From contig ML996689.1 of NCBI GenBank assembly GCA_010356995.1, positions 390,691 to 454,690 of the forward strand: 64,000 bases of DNA, in the 5' to 3' direction. A program made the position numbers and the translations under genes. The notes below the pieces were generated by a model. That model searched no databases, was not told the origin of the DNA, and saw nothing but the letters and a program-made list of their open reading frames with translations. How positions within the stretch are numbered: the stretch's first letter is position 1; each line of letters opens with the position of its first letter. The stretch is from Trichodelitschia bisporula. Lineage: Eukaryota. Shown piece by piece: positions 51,173 through 63,488 of this stretch.

Positions 51173-52909
51173 TCAGTTGGCCCCGCTGTTCTTCTTCGCC
51201 TTTACCAGCCATGCCAGAAGGTCGACCTTCGTAACCACGGCAACAGCCTTCAGGGCTCCACCAGCCTCCTGCTCTGTGACAACCGCTGCGCTGTTCCACT
51301 CGAAGAACCGGCTCAGCGCGCTAAGCGGAGTGTCACGCGTGATCTCGACGAACTTTCTCCGCTTCGGCCGCGCCGCATTATCCGTGAGCACCGATGAGAT
51401 TTCCTGGCCCTTGGGAGCGACAAGCCCAATGCTCGTAGGGTCCGTCACCTTTTCCGACAGCCGCGTGAAGTCAAACATAACGCTGCTGACTGGGTCGCTG
51501 GGATTGGCCCGACCCCTGCTGATGTAGCTGAGCAAGTTGCCGAGCGTAACAAGCCCGACGAGCTTTTGGGACGGCGAAGACACCGGCAGCTGGTCAAAGC
51601 CCTTGTCACGCATGGTTTCGATGGCTTCAGAGCAGGGCGAGGTCGAGGAAATGGTGGTGACGGGCTTGAGGCGGAGCGACGCAATGGTGGCGCCAGCGAA
51701 CGGATCCTTGGGCCGCAGGGTCGGCGAAGACGGCTCCGTAGGCGTGTCGGGGAGGCTTGCCGGGAGGAGGTCGTTTGCAGCCAGCCAGTCGTCGTCCACG
51801 AACTGCCTTGGTTAGCGGGCGACCGTAGACAGACAATACACTGACCTTGCTCAGGTAATTCCGGATGCTGTCAGGGCAAACGATAACCACGACATCACCC
51901 TTACCCAGTCCCAGGTCCTTCACCGCCTTCACCATCGCCGCAAAGGCGCTGCCGCTGCTTCCGCCAACAAGCAGACCCTCTTCAGAGATCAGCCTCCGGG
52001 CGTATGTAAACGACTCCCGGTCATCGGTCTTGTACCACTTGTCTACGACCTTCTGCTCAAGGACCTCCGGAATGAAATCGTAGCCAATGCCTTCGACCTT
52101 ATAGGCTTCATTTTCGTGCTCTTTGTTCAGGGATTCTGGAACTGCGAGAATGCTCCCCTGCGGATCAGCGGCTATAATCTTGATGTTCGGATTATGTTTC
52201 CGCAGTCCTTTGGCAATTCCGGTCACCGTGCCACCAGTCCCAGCTCCCGCAACGAGCACATTGACTTTGCCGCCGGTTTGCTCCCAGATTTCTTCTGCCG
52301 TACCTAGCTCGTGTGCAAGCGGATTGTTGGGATTGGCATACTGGTCCAGGATGTGGGCATTGGGAAGTTCCTTCTCGAGACGTCTCGCAACGCCAATATG
52401 TGATTCCGGAGCGTCATAAGCCGCGGCGGTGGGGGTACGGATGATCTCGGCGTTAAGAGCACGCAGGACCGCAACCTTTTCAGCAGACATCTTCTCAGGA
52501 AGTGTGATGATCATCCTGTAGCCTGAACTGTCAGCGTGAGCGGCAATACAAGGCCATGTCTAAGCTACCTTTCACGGCGGCTACAAGCGCCATGCCGATC
52601 CCTCTGCTTGACGTTAGATGTGTTCGGTGCCGGAGACTCATATGCCTACGTGTTCCCGCTCGTCGGCTCGATCAAGGTGTCGCCGGGCTTTATTCTGCCT
52701 TCCTTCTCGGCCTCTTCGATCATGCGGAGAGCAATGCGGTCTTTCACGCTGCCACCGGCATTGAACAGCTCGAGTTTGGCATAGACAGTCGCCTCAATGC
52801 CTAAGCTCTGCGGCAGCTTGTTCAGCCGAACCATGGGCGTGTTGCCGATTTGCTCGAGGATGGACTGCATGAGTACGGGAGGGATTGCGGGACGCGTTTT
52901 AGAAGCCAT
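51173..52909 (-). CDS. CYS4: Cystathionine beta-synthase
   Basis: [13 protein letters not shown]-lysine motif [26 protein letters not shown] and EGIGYDFIP, followed by a C-terminal CBS pair ([15 protein letters not shown]). Three introns. Confidence 0.95.
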
Positions 52910-53404
52910 GATGAAAGACGGCAATAATGGCAACGGGTTGTTCTCGTCCGTCTACTTGCACAATCACAAACTTGCTGGTCAAAATAGGTTGAAGAAGTCC
53001 ACGGTACGGAGGGGCGAACTGGTAGTCGTCTTTTGAAGTCGGCCGGCTGTGGCTTGACGTGATGTGAGCGGGTGGCGTACTAGCGACAGGGCACAGGGCT
53101 CAGCCGCTGAACCGTTCACCTTGTCCGAGGGTACCCGCTTCCGTTTTTGGAACTTTTTGCCTGACCCGTGACCCTAGCTCAAATGTGGAGTGATTCAGGC
53201 AAGCAGGCATCACATCCGAACTGAGCGGCCGGCATCAAGGCATACATCAGGCAGAAACCCACGTTTTCCGGCGTCGCATCTAGGGGACCGGGGGATGCGC
53301 ATTGTACGCGTCGCCGGCGTCCAAAATCGCCGCAACCCATTCCCTGCGAATATCAGCTTCTACATCCTTCAGCGCTTCGCAGCGTGTCCACTCTTTCAGT
53401 AGCA

Positions 53405-56400
53405 ATGGCGCGGCTCGGGCGCCTGGGCTTCCTCGCCATTGCCGTTGTCTTCCATCTCATCTATGTCTACTCCATCTTTGACATCTACTTTGTGAGCCCC
53501 ATCGTGAGGGGGATGCGCGAGCACAGTGTTGCGACCGCAGAGGCTCCAGCGAAACGGTTGGTGTTATATGTTGGTCAGTAGCTTAGCGCATCAAATGACA
53601 ACTCAGTCCGAATAATTGTCCTGATTGAACTGTGCAGGAGATGGCCTCCGCGCCGACAAGGCCTTCCAGTCCTTCCCTGACCCGTCACCCGCCGAGAATG
53701 ACCCCGATGCGCCCACTCCCCGACCGCTGATGCCCTTTCTGCGCTCAAAGGTGCTCCGTGAGGGGACTTTTGGCGTGTCTCATACCCGTGTACCTACCGA
53801 ATCTCGGCCGGGCCATGTCGCGCTCATTGCCGGTCTCTACGAGGACGTCTCTGCTGTCACCACCGGCTGGAAGCTGAACCCTGTCAACTTCGATAGCGTG
53901 TTCAATCGCAGCCGACATACATGGAGCTGGGGAAGCCCGGATATCCTGCCTATGTTCCAGCAGGGTGCGGTGCCGGGCCGGGTGGATGCGTACACATATG
54001 GCCACGAGGCGGAGGACTTTACCGCCGACGCAGTCGATCTTGACATCTGGGTTTTTGACCACGTAAAGGCCCTCTTCGAAAGCGCAAAGACCAACGCCAC
54101 GCTGGATGCCGCACTTCGCGAGGACAAAGTTGTGTTCTTCCTCCACCTACTGGGACTGGACACTACCGGCCATTCATATCGGCCCTACTCGAAAGAGTAC
54201 CTCCACAACATCAAAATCGTGGATAAGGGGGTTCAGGAAATAACCGAGCTCATGGAAGAGTTCTATGGCGATGGGAAAACGGCATATGTGTTCACTGCGG
54301 ACCACGGCATGAGCGACTGGGGAAGCCATGGGGACGGCCATCCAGACAACACGCGCACGCCATTGATAGCATGGGGCTCCGGAGTTGCTCCTCCAGTTAC
54401 AAAGTCCAGGGGTATCGCGGCGGGGCACGAAGATGGGTTTTCTGCTGACTGGGGCCTTGACCATGTCCAGAGGAATGACGTTGCACAAGCCGACGTTGCG
54501 GCGCTTATGGCGTATCTCGCTGGGCTTGCGTTCCCAGTCAACTCTGTCGGAGAGCTGCCACTGGCCTACCTTGCAGCTACTTCGAAAGCAAAGGCCGAGG
54601 CGCTGCTTGTCAATGCCCGTGGGATGCTTGAGATGTACCACGTGAAGGAAGAGCAGAAGAAAAGCACTGAGCTCCGGTATAGGCCGTACCCAGGCTTCGC
54701 GGATGAACAGAATTCCGTCGAGCATCGCATTGCGCAGATCGAGAAGTTGGTCAAGAAGAGCCGTTCGAAGGAGGCCATCGCGCAATGCAATGAGCTCATT
54801 CAGCTCACGCTCCAGGGGCTCCGGTACCTCCAGACATATGATTGGTTGTTCCTCCGGGCGCTGGTTACGGCGGGCTTTTTGGGATGGATAGCCTATGCCA
54901 TCACTACCGTCGCCGACCTTCACGTGCTTCATGGGACGGCCGCCCCCCAGCGGAGCCTTTTCAGCAACATCTTTTTCTCTTCAATTCTTGTGGCACTGTA
55001 CTCGCTGCTCTATGTTCAGCAATCGTCGTGGACGTACTACGCCTATGCCATCTTCCCAGTGTTCTTCTGGGAAGAGGTTTTTGTTCGCCGCGGCGCCCTG
55101 AAGCAAGGAAAAGATGTACTTTTTGGCCATGTTACTTCGGTCGGTGGCTACATTGGGATGATATTCAAGGCATTGGCGTTTCTGGGCCTGCTCGAGGCAT
55201 TGGTAAGCGATGAGCGCACTGGTTAGCATATGCTGATGTCGTCCAGGTTCAAAGCTACCATCATCGGGAAGTCTACACAGTGTGCTATCTCCTCGCGATC
55301 ATGTGGCCGGCGCTTTATGGGATGAACTTCGTCAAGGAGAACAAGCTCCTCATACTCGCATGGAGCCTCTCCTGCGCTTCTATGAGCGTGTTCACTCTCC
55401 TGCCCGCCTTAAAGGTGGAGGACTTGAACATGGTGTAAGCACGGTGCATCTTCGCATTGCTAAATACTAATATATCCAGGCTCGTTGGTGGCGGCTTGAT
55501 GTTCGCTGTTGGAGTCCTCTACCTCATCTTCGAAGAGAGCATCGTGCAACAAGCGAGGTCTGCCAGTGTGGCGGGTACTTCCACCCTCATGACTCCCTAC
55601 TCTTCCACGATTGTCGGCATTCAGGTACGTCTTTTTGCATCGCATGAATCGCGCTTACAAATTAGCTCGGCCTAATAATCCTGGCCATGATCACGACCCA
55701 CTCGAGCATCACGTCCCTCCAAGCACGACAGGGTCTCCCACTCGGCACGCAAATCGTCGGATGGGCCGTCCTCGTCTTATCCCTGGCGGTGCCCTTCCTC
55801 CACGGCCTGGACCCGAACAAACACTATCTCCACCGCCTGCTCGTCATCTTCCTCGCCTTTGCACCTATTTTCATCATCCTCACCATCTCCTACGAGGGCC
55901 TCTTCTACTTCGCCTACTGCATCACCCTCCTCACCTGGGTACGCCTCGAGCACCACATCTACACCTACACCTCCACATCGAAGCCCTCCCCCTCACCGCC
56001 AACTGCCGAGCTAAACCCGCTCAAGCCCGCCCTCGCCGCCGCAAAATCGCGTATTGAGAACATCAAAGAAAACAAGTTCCGCGCCCTCACCCTCACCGAC
56101 GCACGCATCAGTCTTTTCTCCTTCTTCCTCCTACAATCCGCCTTCTTCAGCACCGGCAACATCGCCTCCATCTCCTCCTTCTCCCTCGACGCCGTCTACC
56201 GGCTCATCCCCATTTTCGACCCTTTCGCACAGGGCGCGTTGCTAATGTTTAAGATCCTCGTCCCCTTCGCTGTGCTCAGCGCTAACCTCGGCATCCTGAA
56301 TCGGCGCCTCGGCGTCGCGCCTTCCGCGCTGTTCATGATCCTCATGGCCGTGGGCGATGTGATGACGATATCGTTTTTCTGGATGGTGCGCGATGAGGGC

Positions 56401-56601
56401 AGTTGGCTCGACATTGGGACGAGTATTAGTCACTTTTGCATTGCCAGTGGGTTGTGTGTGTTTGTTGCGGGGTTGGAGGTTGTGAGCGAGGTGTTTGTTA
56501 GTGGGGTAGAGTTTGAGGAGGCAAAAACGGAGGTTGAGGAAAAGGGTGGGCACGACAAAGTTCATAATGGGTCGGTGGACGTGGATGAGGTGAAGACCTA
56601 G
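53405..56601 (+). CDS. MCD4: GPI ethanolamine phosphate transferase 1 (PIG-N)
   Basis: SIFDIYFVSP, VGDGLRADK, RVPTESRPGHVA, LHLLGLDTTGH, FTADHGM, GLRYLQTYDW, FSTGNIASISSF and EGSWLDIGTSISHF. Four introns. Confidence 0.95.
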
Positions 56602-56665
56602 CTTGTATTCCCGCGTAGATACACTAATCTAATCACGTTGACAAGCTGACAACGCGCCGCGAGAA

Positions 56666-57120
56666 TTAGGGGTAGTAGAAGCTTGGATGGCGGACTATCT
56701 CTCCGGGGTAGATCTTGTCGTTCGTGTTGTCCACACCCTTCTTCGCAGCCTTCACGACCTCCTCGACATTCTCAGGAACAAGCTCAGTCATGGTGCGAAT
56801 CTTCCCTTCCGGGAAGTCCTCCACCCCCTCCTGCTTTATCCCAATGAAGTTCTCAGTAGCACAATCTCCCATAACAAACTTCTGCGCGTCGTCTGGCGTG
56901 ACCTCCTGTGGGATCGTGCACTTGAAGGCGCCGCTTCGACATATTAGCACAATATCCAGCTCTTGGGTACTAGGTTTGCTTACAGCGGCTGCGAGTTCGA
57001 CACCTTCGCATCGTCCTTCACTGCGACCGACTTCGGAGACTTGGTATGAACAGCGCGACAGGCGGCGAGAGCAGGCGACGTGCGAGCAGGAGCAGCGGCC
57101 GAAAGAGCGTTGCGAAACAT
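56666..57120 (-). CDS. Small hypothetical protein with mitochondrial-presequence-like N-terminus (2 exons)
   Basis: MFRNALSAAAPARTSPALAACRAVHTKS is Arg/Ala/Ser-rich and lacks acidic residues. An intron at about 56934-56983 (GTAAGC...GCTAAT...AAG) joins in frame to GAFKCTIPQEV...HPSFYYP*. Confidence 0.55.
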
Positions 57121-57395
57121 GGCGACGAAGTGTAGAAATGCTTCGGTAGGTGATTTCGTTGGAGTTGCAGAGATCAAAGGAGTGTGGTGAGAGAATCAGG
57201 GATTATGTCAATTGCTAAGTACATAGCAAACCGATTGTCGACTTCGCGCGCAGTAGGCCGTGTCTTGCTCCGCACGGCGGCGGACTCAAAGAGGCAGGGA
57301 CGCTACATATAAAGGCGCCGGGCGAGGAAGGAGCGAGAGCGGCGTCGTCACTTCCTCAGCTTTGCCAAGTGTTCCCCTTTCAGCCTTGCCCAGCC

Positions 57396-58388
57396 CTACC
57401 GCCGCCCAAAAACCCACATCACCACCGCCCAAACCGCAAACACCGGCTCAAGCGCCTTAACCACCGCATCCCGGATCGCAGCTAAAATCGTCCACGCACA
57501 TGCCGCCAGGTACAGCACCAGCAGACCCTTAGCGAGCCACGCGAGCCGCGCGCGCGCATCGGCAACACTCTTGATCATGAACAAATTCTCAACATCAAGA
57601 AGGTTGGACAGCTTCACAGCCTCATGCGCAGGCTCCTCCTTCGCGCGCTGTCCCTTCTCCTCCCGCACGCTCCTTTCCCGCCCACCCTTCTCCCCCAAAC
57701 TCACAGGCGTGCCGCCCCTCCGCGACACAGGCGACACCGCCGCACTGCGCGGCGGCACATCTATGGGCACAAACTTCCGCTCCAGCGGCCAGATGAGCAG
57801 GGAGTCAGAGTTGGAGCGCACAGGGGGCGGACCGCGCGGGCCGGCTGGTTGGCGGACGAGGCGCGGGGACGGAACCCGCGACGACGGCAGATGGGGCGAT
57901 GGGAGGCGGGACGGGACCCGCGATGGCGGCAGATGGGGTGATTGAAGGCGGGACGACGCGCGTGAAGTGGGGCGCGAGACATGCCGCGATACCGGCCGTG
58001 AGGAGCCGGGTGTTTTCGGCTCCGAGCGCGCGAAATGTACGGCCGGTTGTGGATGTGGGGGGTTGCTGGGCGCGGAGTGCAGCTCGAGGGGTGAAGGAAC
58101 AGGTGCGCGGTTGTAATGCAGGGCGTAGGCGGAGGGGATTGAGGCGGCGTTGGCTGCGAAGGCGAGTCTATTTGCTTGGTGAGGGGTGGGTGGGGGCGTA
58201 GGATTGTGCGAGTCTGAGATCCGGGCGGCGTCGTCGAGATCGAGCCACCAGCCGTGGGCGTCGCGGCGCCAGTGCAGGGAGGGACGGTGTGGGTTGGGGT
58301 ATTTGAGGGTCGTGAAGCGGGCGAGGGCTTCGCCGGGTGAGGCTGGGGTGCGGAGGGGAGGGAAGGGGGCGGTTTGGGGAGGTTCCAT
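57396..58388 (-). CDS. Pro/Ser/Arg-rich hypothetical protein with C-terminal hydrophobic helices
   Basis: 330-aa ORF with a duplicated SPHLPxSRVPS segment and a C-terminal LLVLYLAACAWTILAAI...VFAVWAVVMWVFG. Confidence 0.55.
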   Translation of the reverse strand: MEPPQTAPFPPLRTPASPGEALARFTTLKYPNPHRPSLHWRRDAHGWWLDLDDAARISDSHNPTPPPTPHQANRLAFAANAASIPSAYALHYNRAPVPSPLELHSAPSNPPHPQPAVHFARSEPKTPGSSRPVSRHVSRPTSRASSRLQSPHLPPSRVPSRLPSPHLPSSRVPSPRLVRQPAGPRGPPPVRSNSDSLLIWPLERKFVPIDVPPRSAAVSPVSRRGGTPVSLGEKGGRERSVREEKGQRAKEEPAHEAVKLSNLLDVENLFMIKSVADARARLAWLAKGLLVLYLAACAWTILAAIRDAVVKALEPVFAVWAVVMWVFGRR

Positions 58389-58747
58389 GGTGGAGATGGT
58401 GAGCTTGATTGATGAGGAGGGTTATTTGCTGTCGAATATGAGGTGGGAGGGATGTTGCTGTCGCTCGCATATGTAAGCTGGTGTTGGAGGATGGTGGCTT
58501 GCATTCCGGTAAGGCTGGGGTCCGGGCAACCGCCCACGGTGGAATGTTCGGTGTGGCCGGTGATGTGACTTGTAAATCCTTCGGTCTCACCTAGTAAACC
58601 GGAATTCACTACATCCTCAAAAAATTCAGATACTTGATGTCCGTTTACACGCCTCTGGAGTGTGACTACGGTCCCGAGACCCGCAAACATGCCAACTCAC
58701 CACAATGTAGAGGGAAGGCAAGTGATCCAGAACCGAGCGCGCCAATT

Positions 58748-60188
58748 CTAGTACCCGTGTGGATTTAACAAGTCGCGGATCTTCCGAGCGGCCTGAGTGT
58801 GCACACCCTCTCTGACCCTAAGGTCATCGCGAAGCAATAGCCACGGTACCACATTTCGAACCGCCCCACTCTGATCCGGGTTGCTGAACAAGTCTGATTG
58901 CAAAAGCCTTAGAAGACGATCCCTTGGAAATCTTTTGACGTCATCGACTACGTTCTGCATATTCGGTACCATAACTTTGTTGCTTAAGCAGCCTGTATAG
59001 ACAAAGTCTAGGACCAGTGCGGCAATGGCAGCAGCGATAGGTGTTGATACCGAAGTTCCCCGGCATCGCCGCTGCATAGTTCCTCGGGTCTCGTCCACGG
59101 GCCACATGGATAGAACTTCTTCTCCTAACGCCGATATCTGGTTTGGTAGGTGGGTGTTGGGACAGAAGCTGGAAGTTGTGCCATCTCCATTCGCGGATTT
59201 GACACATATGACGGACGGAATAGAAGCGGGGAATGTGATTGAGCGTCCGTTCGTCCCGTGGTTCGCCGCAGCGGCAAAAACTACCGTCTTCGGGTGCTCG
59301 TTGAGCGCAACTTCGAGGGCGACGTCGGGGCAATCGAAGCCGAGCGACATGCTGATGATGTCCGCTTTCCAAGCTCTAGTGGCATAATGTATTGCCTGCA
59401 CTCTCGTAAGCCAAGTAGGGATAAGGCAAATATTCACGTACGCAGGCCACAACGTCCGGATCCGCTTCACGAGTATTTGGGGGGGTAACTTTGGCGATGA
59501 AGACGTCGGCTTCAGGAGCGATCTGAAACACCAAGCCAGCACAATAGGTCCCGTGGCCGTCGATATCTCTATAGCCCGAACATTCATCAAAGTTGCCATT
59601 GCAGTCAGTCCATGGTGGTTCCTCATGCAAATTGCCCTCTTCGTCAAAAGACATCGCTCCTTTGAGCCGCTGCCCCCAGTTCTTCCCATAGGGCTCTGGG
59701 CGAAGGAACGGATGGCGTCCGTCAATTCCCGTGTCGAGGATGACGACTCTTATGTTTCGTATATTTGAGCGGGGAAGGCCCTTCATGAAGCGATGCGTGC
59801 TGGGCAGTTTCCAGAAGGCGTGGAACCAGTCATCGCTTGAAGCGGCGACCCTGTCATACTGTGGGCATAATGGAGGATCGGGGATCGAGGATACACATAC
59901 GGGTCCTGTACATTCGACCCTGCACTGTCGGCACTTCCAACATGACCTCCTCGTAGCATGAGTGGCAAAGGTTGGGCGTAGGGGAGGTGAAACAACAGAT
60001 GTGATAGAACGATATTGGCCTTCAGAGGCTTGAGGCAATGCGCCGCGGGGAGGGGGGCGTCAGGTTGAGGTGGGACAGATGTCTACCGTTCGAGTGCGGG
60101 GTCTGATGAGGACGGATAAAGCGCTTCGTCGATGAGGAAGCTCCGCGTCGAAGCTGCAGCGATGATCCAACTTGGCTGCAGTAGTCAT
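58748..60188 (-). CDS. Intracellular subtilisin-like serine protease (peptidase S8), HET-Q2-like; 5' exons uncertain
   Basis: Catalytic Asp (VVILDTGID), His (DIDGHGTYCAG), oxyanion Asn (FAAAANHG) and Ser (GTSVSTPIAA). Intron 59396-59441 joins two ORFs in frame. No signal peptide seen. A candidate ATG at 60188 needs two further introns. Confidence 0.85.
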
Positions 60189-60701
60189 ACCTATGACAGA
60201 CAATCTAATTAGTCCACGTCGACGCCGACACGGTTAGCCCGAGCTCTACTTACCTTCCTTTTCAGTCGGATATCACCGTATTCCTTTGGCACACCTGCGG
60301 TAAGGCTGAATGGTGAGGCCGAACCAATCATCCAAGGCTTACCCTTAGAGGACCTTGGCCACCCGCCCATTGCTTTTTCTGTGTGGCAGGCACATGACAT
60401 GAGTGGAAGGGAGTGCGACTTTCCGTTGGTGCTTGGCCTAACCTTCCAAGGTGGACGCGAGAAATGTTGGCTAAGGTGGGATCAAGCGGCGACTGGAAGC
60501 GTCCTAAACTCCCAAGATATTGAGGCGAAGTGCATGCGTTTAGGCTGCACTATGAGTAATAGAAGTCTGTAACTGGTTTGACAGTTGCAGAGAGGCTGCG
60601 CCTGGACGTCGGGGCAGATATGGGAGGTATTGTTCAATTTGAGTAGAGCGGAACAGCCTACGAAAGAGCCGCGCTACCTTAAATCAGTTGTAGCAGGGAA
60701 G

Positions 60702-60709
60702 TATAAATA
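60702..60709 (+). promoter_or_regulatory. Putative TATA box of the gasdermin gene
   Basis: TATAAATA lies 50 nt upstream of the ATG at 60752. Confidence 0.45.
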
Positions 60710-60751
60710 CACATCATTGAGAGAACAGCTTCCGTTGCATCCCTAACAATC

Positions 60752-61630
60752 ATGAAGAATCCCGTCAAGACTTACTATCTCGCTCCAAAGCTGGACTGGG
60801 CAGCAGTCGGCGGCCCGGTTCGACTTGGAAGCATCATTACGGGGCCTGCAAGGCCAGACCTGGCGGTGGACAAGAAGCCATTTGAGCTGCCCCAGCCGGT
60901 GAATTACTCAAAACTGGAAGCCTGGACGTACGAAGACTCAGGGAAGCGTAAGCTCCTCGCTGGACTCTTTTGCAGGTTTCTCGAGGCTACCATCGGCGTC
61001 GACTTCCACGCAAAATTGGAGCGAACACAAACTAAGCGATACCAATTCGACAGACTTGTGACCATGTCCATCACCCCGGATGTTGAATACGTCAAATCGA
61101 GGCTCGAGGACGATGGAGTCCGGGAACTTCTCGAAGCCAACAACAACAAGGCATACATCATCACAGGCCTCAAAATTGCCTGCAATCCCAGCGGTGCCAC
61201 GTCCACCTCCAGAATGACGGACACGAGATTGCGAGTCGGCGCCAACTTGGCTGCCGCGGGAGTGCCGTTAACCGTTGGCCCCGAACTCGAGGCATCCCAC
61301 TCAACGGAGCAGTCAACATCTTTCGTCGGCGGTACGGATATCATATTCGCATTCGAGATCCAAAAGATTCGGGTGAAGTGGTACAAGAACGGGAGGGCTG
61401 TTACGGTAACTCCACGTAACAAAGGGGCGTTTATGAGCCATCCGAACGGCGAAGATGACGGCAAGACTGGCGGCTCCGAGGATGAATTGACGCTAGAAGT
61501 CGCGGAGATCACATCTCCCAAGGTCGATGGAGGGGAGGAAGTGTTAGATGCAGTGGAAGGGGAATGTCAGGCGGTGAACTTGAGATCAATGGAGCCGTGG
61601 TGCTACATGAACTACCCGGCCGACTTGTGA
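60752..61630 (+). CDS. Fungal gasdermin (RCD-1/HET-Q1-like pore-forming cell-death protein)
   Basis: 292 aa. N-terminal YYLAP...GPVRLGSIITGPARP, YQFDRLVTMSITP, AYIITGLKIA, beta-rich Gly/Ser/Thr hairpin segments, DIIFAFEIQKI, KGAFM and an acidic C-terminal tail. Adjacent to an S8 protease. Confidence 0.85.
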   Translation: MKNPVKTYYLAPKLDWAAVGGPVRLGSIITGPARPDLAVDKKPFELPQPVNYSKLEAWTYEDSGKRKLLAGLFCRFLEATIGVDFHAKLERTQTKRYQFDRLVTMSITPDVEYVKSRLEDDGVRELLEANNNKAYIITGLKIACNPSGATSTSRMTDTRLRVGANLAAAGVPLTVGPELEASHSTEQSTSFVGGTDIIFAFEIQKIRVKWYKNGRAVTVTPRNKGAFMSHPNGEDDGKTGGSEDELTLEVAEITSPKVDGGEEVLDAVEGECQAVNLRSMEPWCYMNYPADL

Positions 61631-61677
61631 GCGGCTCGGTCGGCACTGTCATGCTCGACCCAGCAAGTTAGAGTCAT

Positions 61678-62004
61678 CTAGATGGCCGTGCTGTTTGTGC
61701 GGAAGGAGGCCTGGAAGAGCCTCCCAGTCTGGCTCATAGGATGCCGCTTTTCGGATTCGGTCCTCAATGGTAGTCGTAATAGCGCGTCTGGAATGATATG
61801 CTGTTTCCTAGGCTTGTACCGCACGTCCAAATTGAGTTGATGGGCCGGAATCTCTGGAGCAATCGACATCCAGATTCGCTTCTGTACACAGCGGCGAGAG
61901 ATCCTGGCAAAACACGATGGTCCTTTTGTTGGCGAGCGTTCGTCGTCAGAAGGTTCTCCGTCTCCACGAGGGTCCACTGTCCCGTGGTTGCACGGACGTC
62001 TCAA
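61678..62004 (-). mobile_element. Degenerate Ty3/gypsy pol (RNase H end) remnant
   Basis: LNLDVRYKPRKQHIIPDALLRLP resembles the gypsy RNase H C-terminal motif (I.Y.PGK.N..ADALSRL). No intact pol. Confidence 0.55.
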
Positions 62005-62830
62005 TGTTTAATGTGCATGACACGTCCCAAAAGTGCCAATCTCTTCACAACTCAGTCTGCAGGCAAAGAACGCCTCCATCATATCTCACTTCACGGCGCT
62101 GTCCAATGTCGACTCAGTCAAGACGAACTGCTCCCAGCTTCCCAAACGGCCCCCAAATCCCAAGATCATGGGCCGCCATCAACCCCTTAGACCTAGCGCC
62201 CGTCATCCGGCAACCACGGATCCTTGACCGGAAGGGCGAAGCCGTGATGTCCCAAAGCACCTTGAGCGAGGCGCCGGATTCCGAAGCAATGCGATTAATA
62301 AACTGAATATTGATCATCGAAGTATCTCGCATGCAGGAGCGAGGATGGCCCCTTTTTCAATGTGCTGTTCCTGCAGCGCGCGCGATACAGCACCACTCGC
62401 AGTCCTCGGACGTAGAGGTCCATTTCAATATTCATCGGCGGCGCGTTGCCCGTCAGCACTTGTGAGCAAAACAGGAGGCGTGAAACCAAGGACCCGGGAG
62501 ATGATGAACCCCAAGCTGGTTCGGCTTGGCTGCCGACGGGCCGCTGTTCAGGCCCCTCGCTCTCTGGACCCTCGGTCAAGGGGGCCCCTTCCTGCACGTT
62601 TTGCGGACTGGGGTAGCCATGACATTTTAGTATGCCCTTGGATTTTCTCCTGAACTTGAACGATTTCCAGTTGCGGCCTCTCTTCTGCATCGCTTTGGTT
62701 GCACGAGCCGACGTTACATGTGGCGGACCTTGACAGCCACCAGAGTAACCTCCAAGCGCCGAACATGGGCAAATTAGGGGCCTTTCTTTCACGATGCATC
62801 GCCTGTGATAGTGATGAGGGCGGAAACAGT

Positions 62831-63488
62831 GATGAGAACACTCTGCTGTATATATTCTGACTCAGACTCAGTATATATACAGTATATGGATCACGTGCGT
62901 CACGAGCTCGCCCCTTAGGATCCGGGCTATGTAGCGATGGGTGTTGCATTCTGCAGCCTTCTGGGATATCCGGGGCACGCAACGATTGTCGACATGCTGC
63001 AGTGCGCGGTTCGGCGAGTCCATCGTTTGCTCAAGATGATGCGGAGCGTGGGGTTACTCAAGATGCTGCGGAGCCCGCGGTTCGGCCAGTGCGTCGATTG
63101 CTCAAAATACCTCCGTACTGCGGAGCGTAGGGTTGCTCAATATGCTGCTAAGCGCGCGGGGGTTACATTCGCTGCCTGCGGGTGCGCAACGGTTTTGTAC
63201 TCTACTTCTATTCTTGTCCCTCCATCCTCAAGCAAACATCTCGAATCAATCTCAAATCTTGCACTGGGAGGAGCCCTTGTGACAGATGAACCCCAATGGT
63301 CAGTTGAGTTGGTATACGCGTAGGGGTCTGGCTTCAGATCGGGTGGGAGGTTGGTGGGCAAGCTCAAAGAAGGTCGATAATGGCGATAGCCCGGCTCGTA
63401 ACCTGATGAGAACTCTAGAACTACTGTATATATTCTGACTCAGACTCAGTATATGCACAGTGTGTGGATTACGTGCGTTACGTCCTCG
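62831..63488. repeat. Dispersed ~80-bp direct repeat (62831-62910 and 63405-63488)
   Basis: Identical core ctgtatatattctgactcagactcagtatat with similar flanks (gatgagaac...; ...ggat[c/t]acgtgcgt[c/t]acg). Confidence 0.75.

Noticed and set aside
59855..59950. Zn2Cys6-like pattern CWKC-x6-C-x4-C-x2-S-x6-C upstream of the S8 domain
   Set aside because: The fifth Cys is missing, the spacing is short, and the second half lies in a probable intron (GTATGT...CAG). A plausible splice model uses a different frame here.
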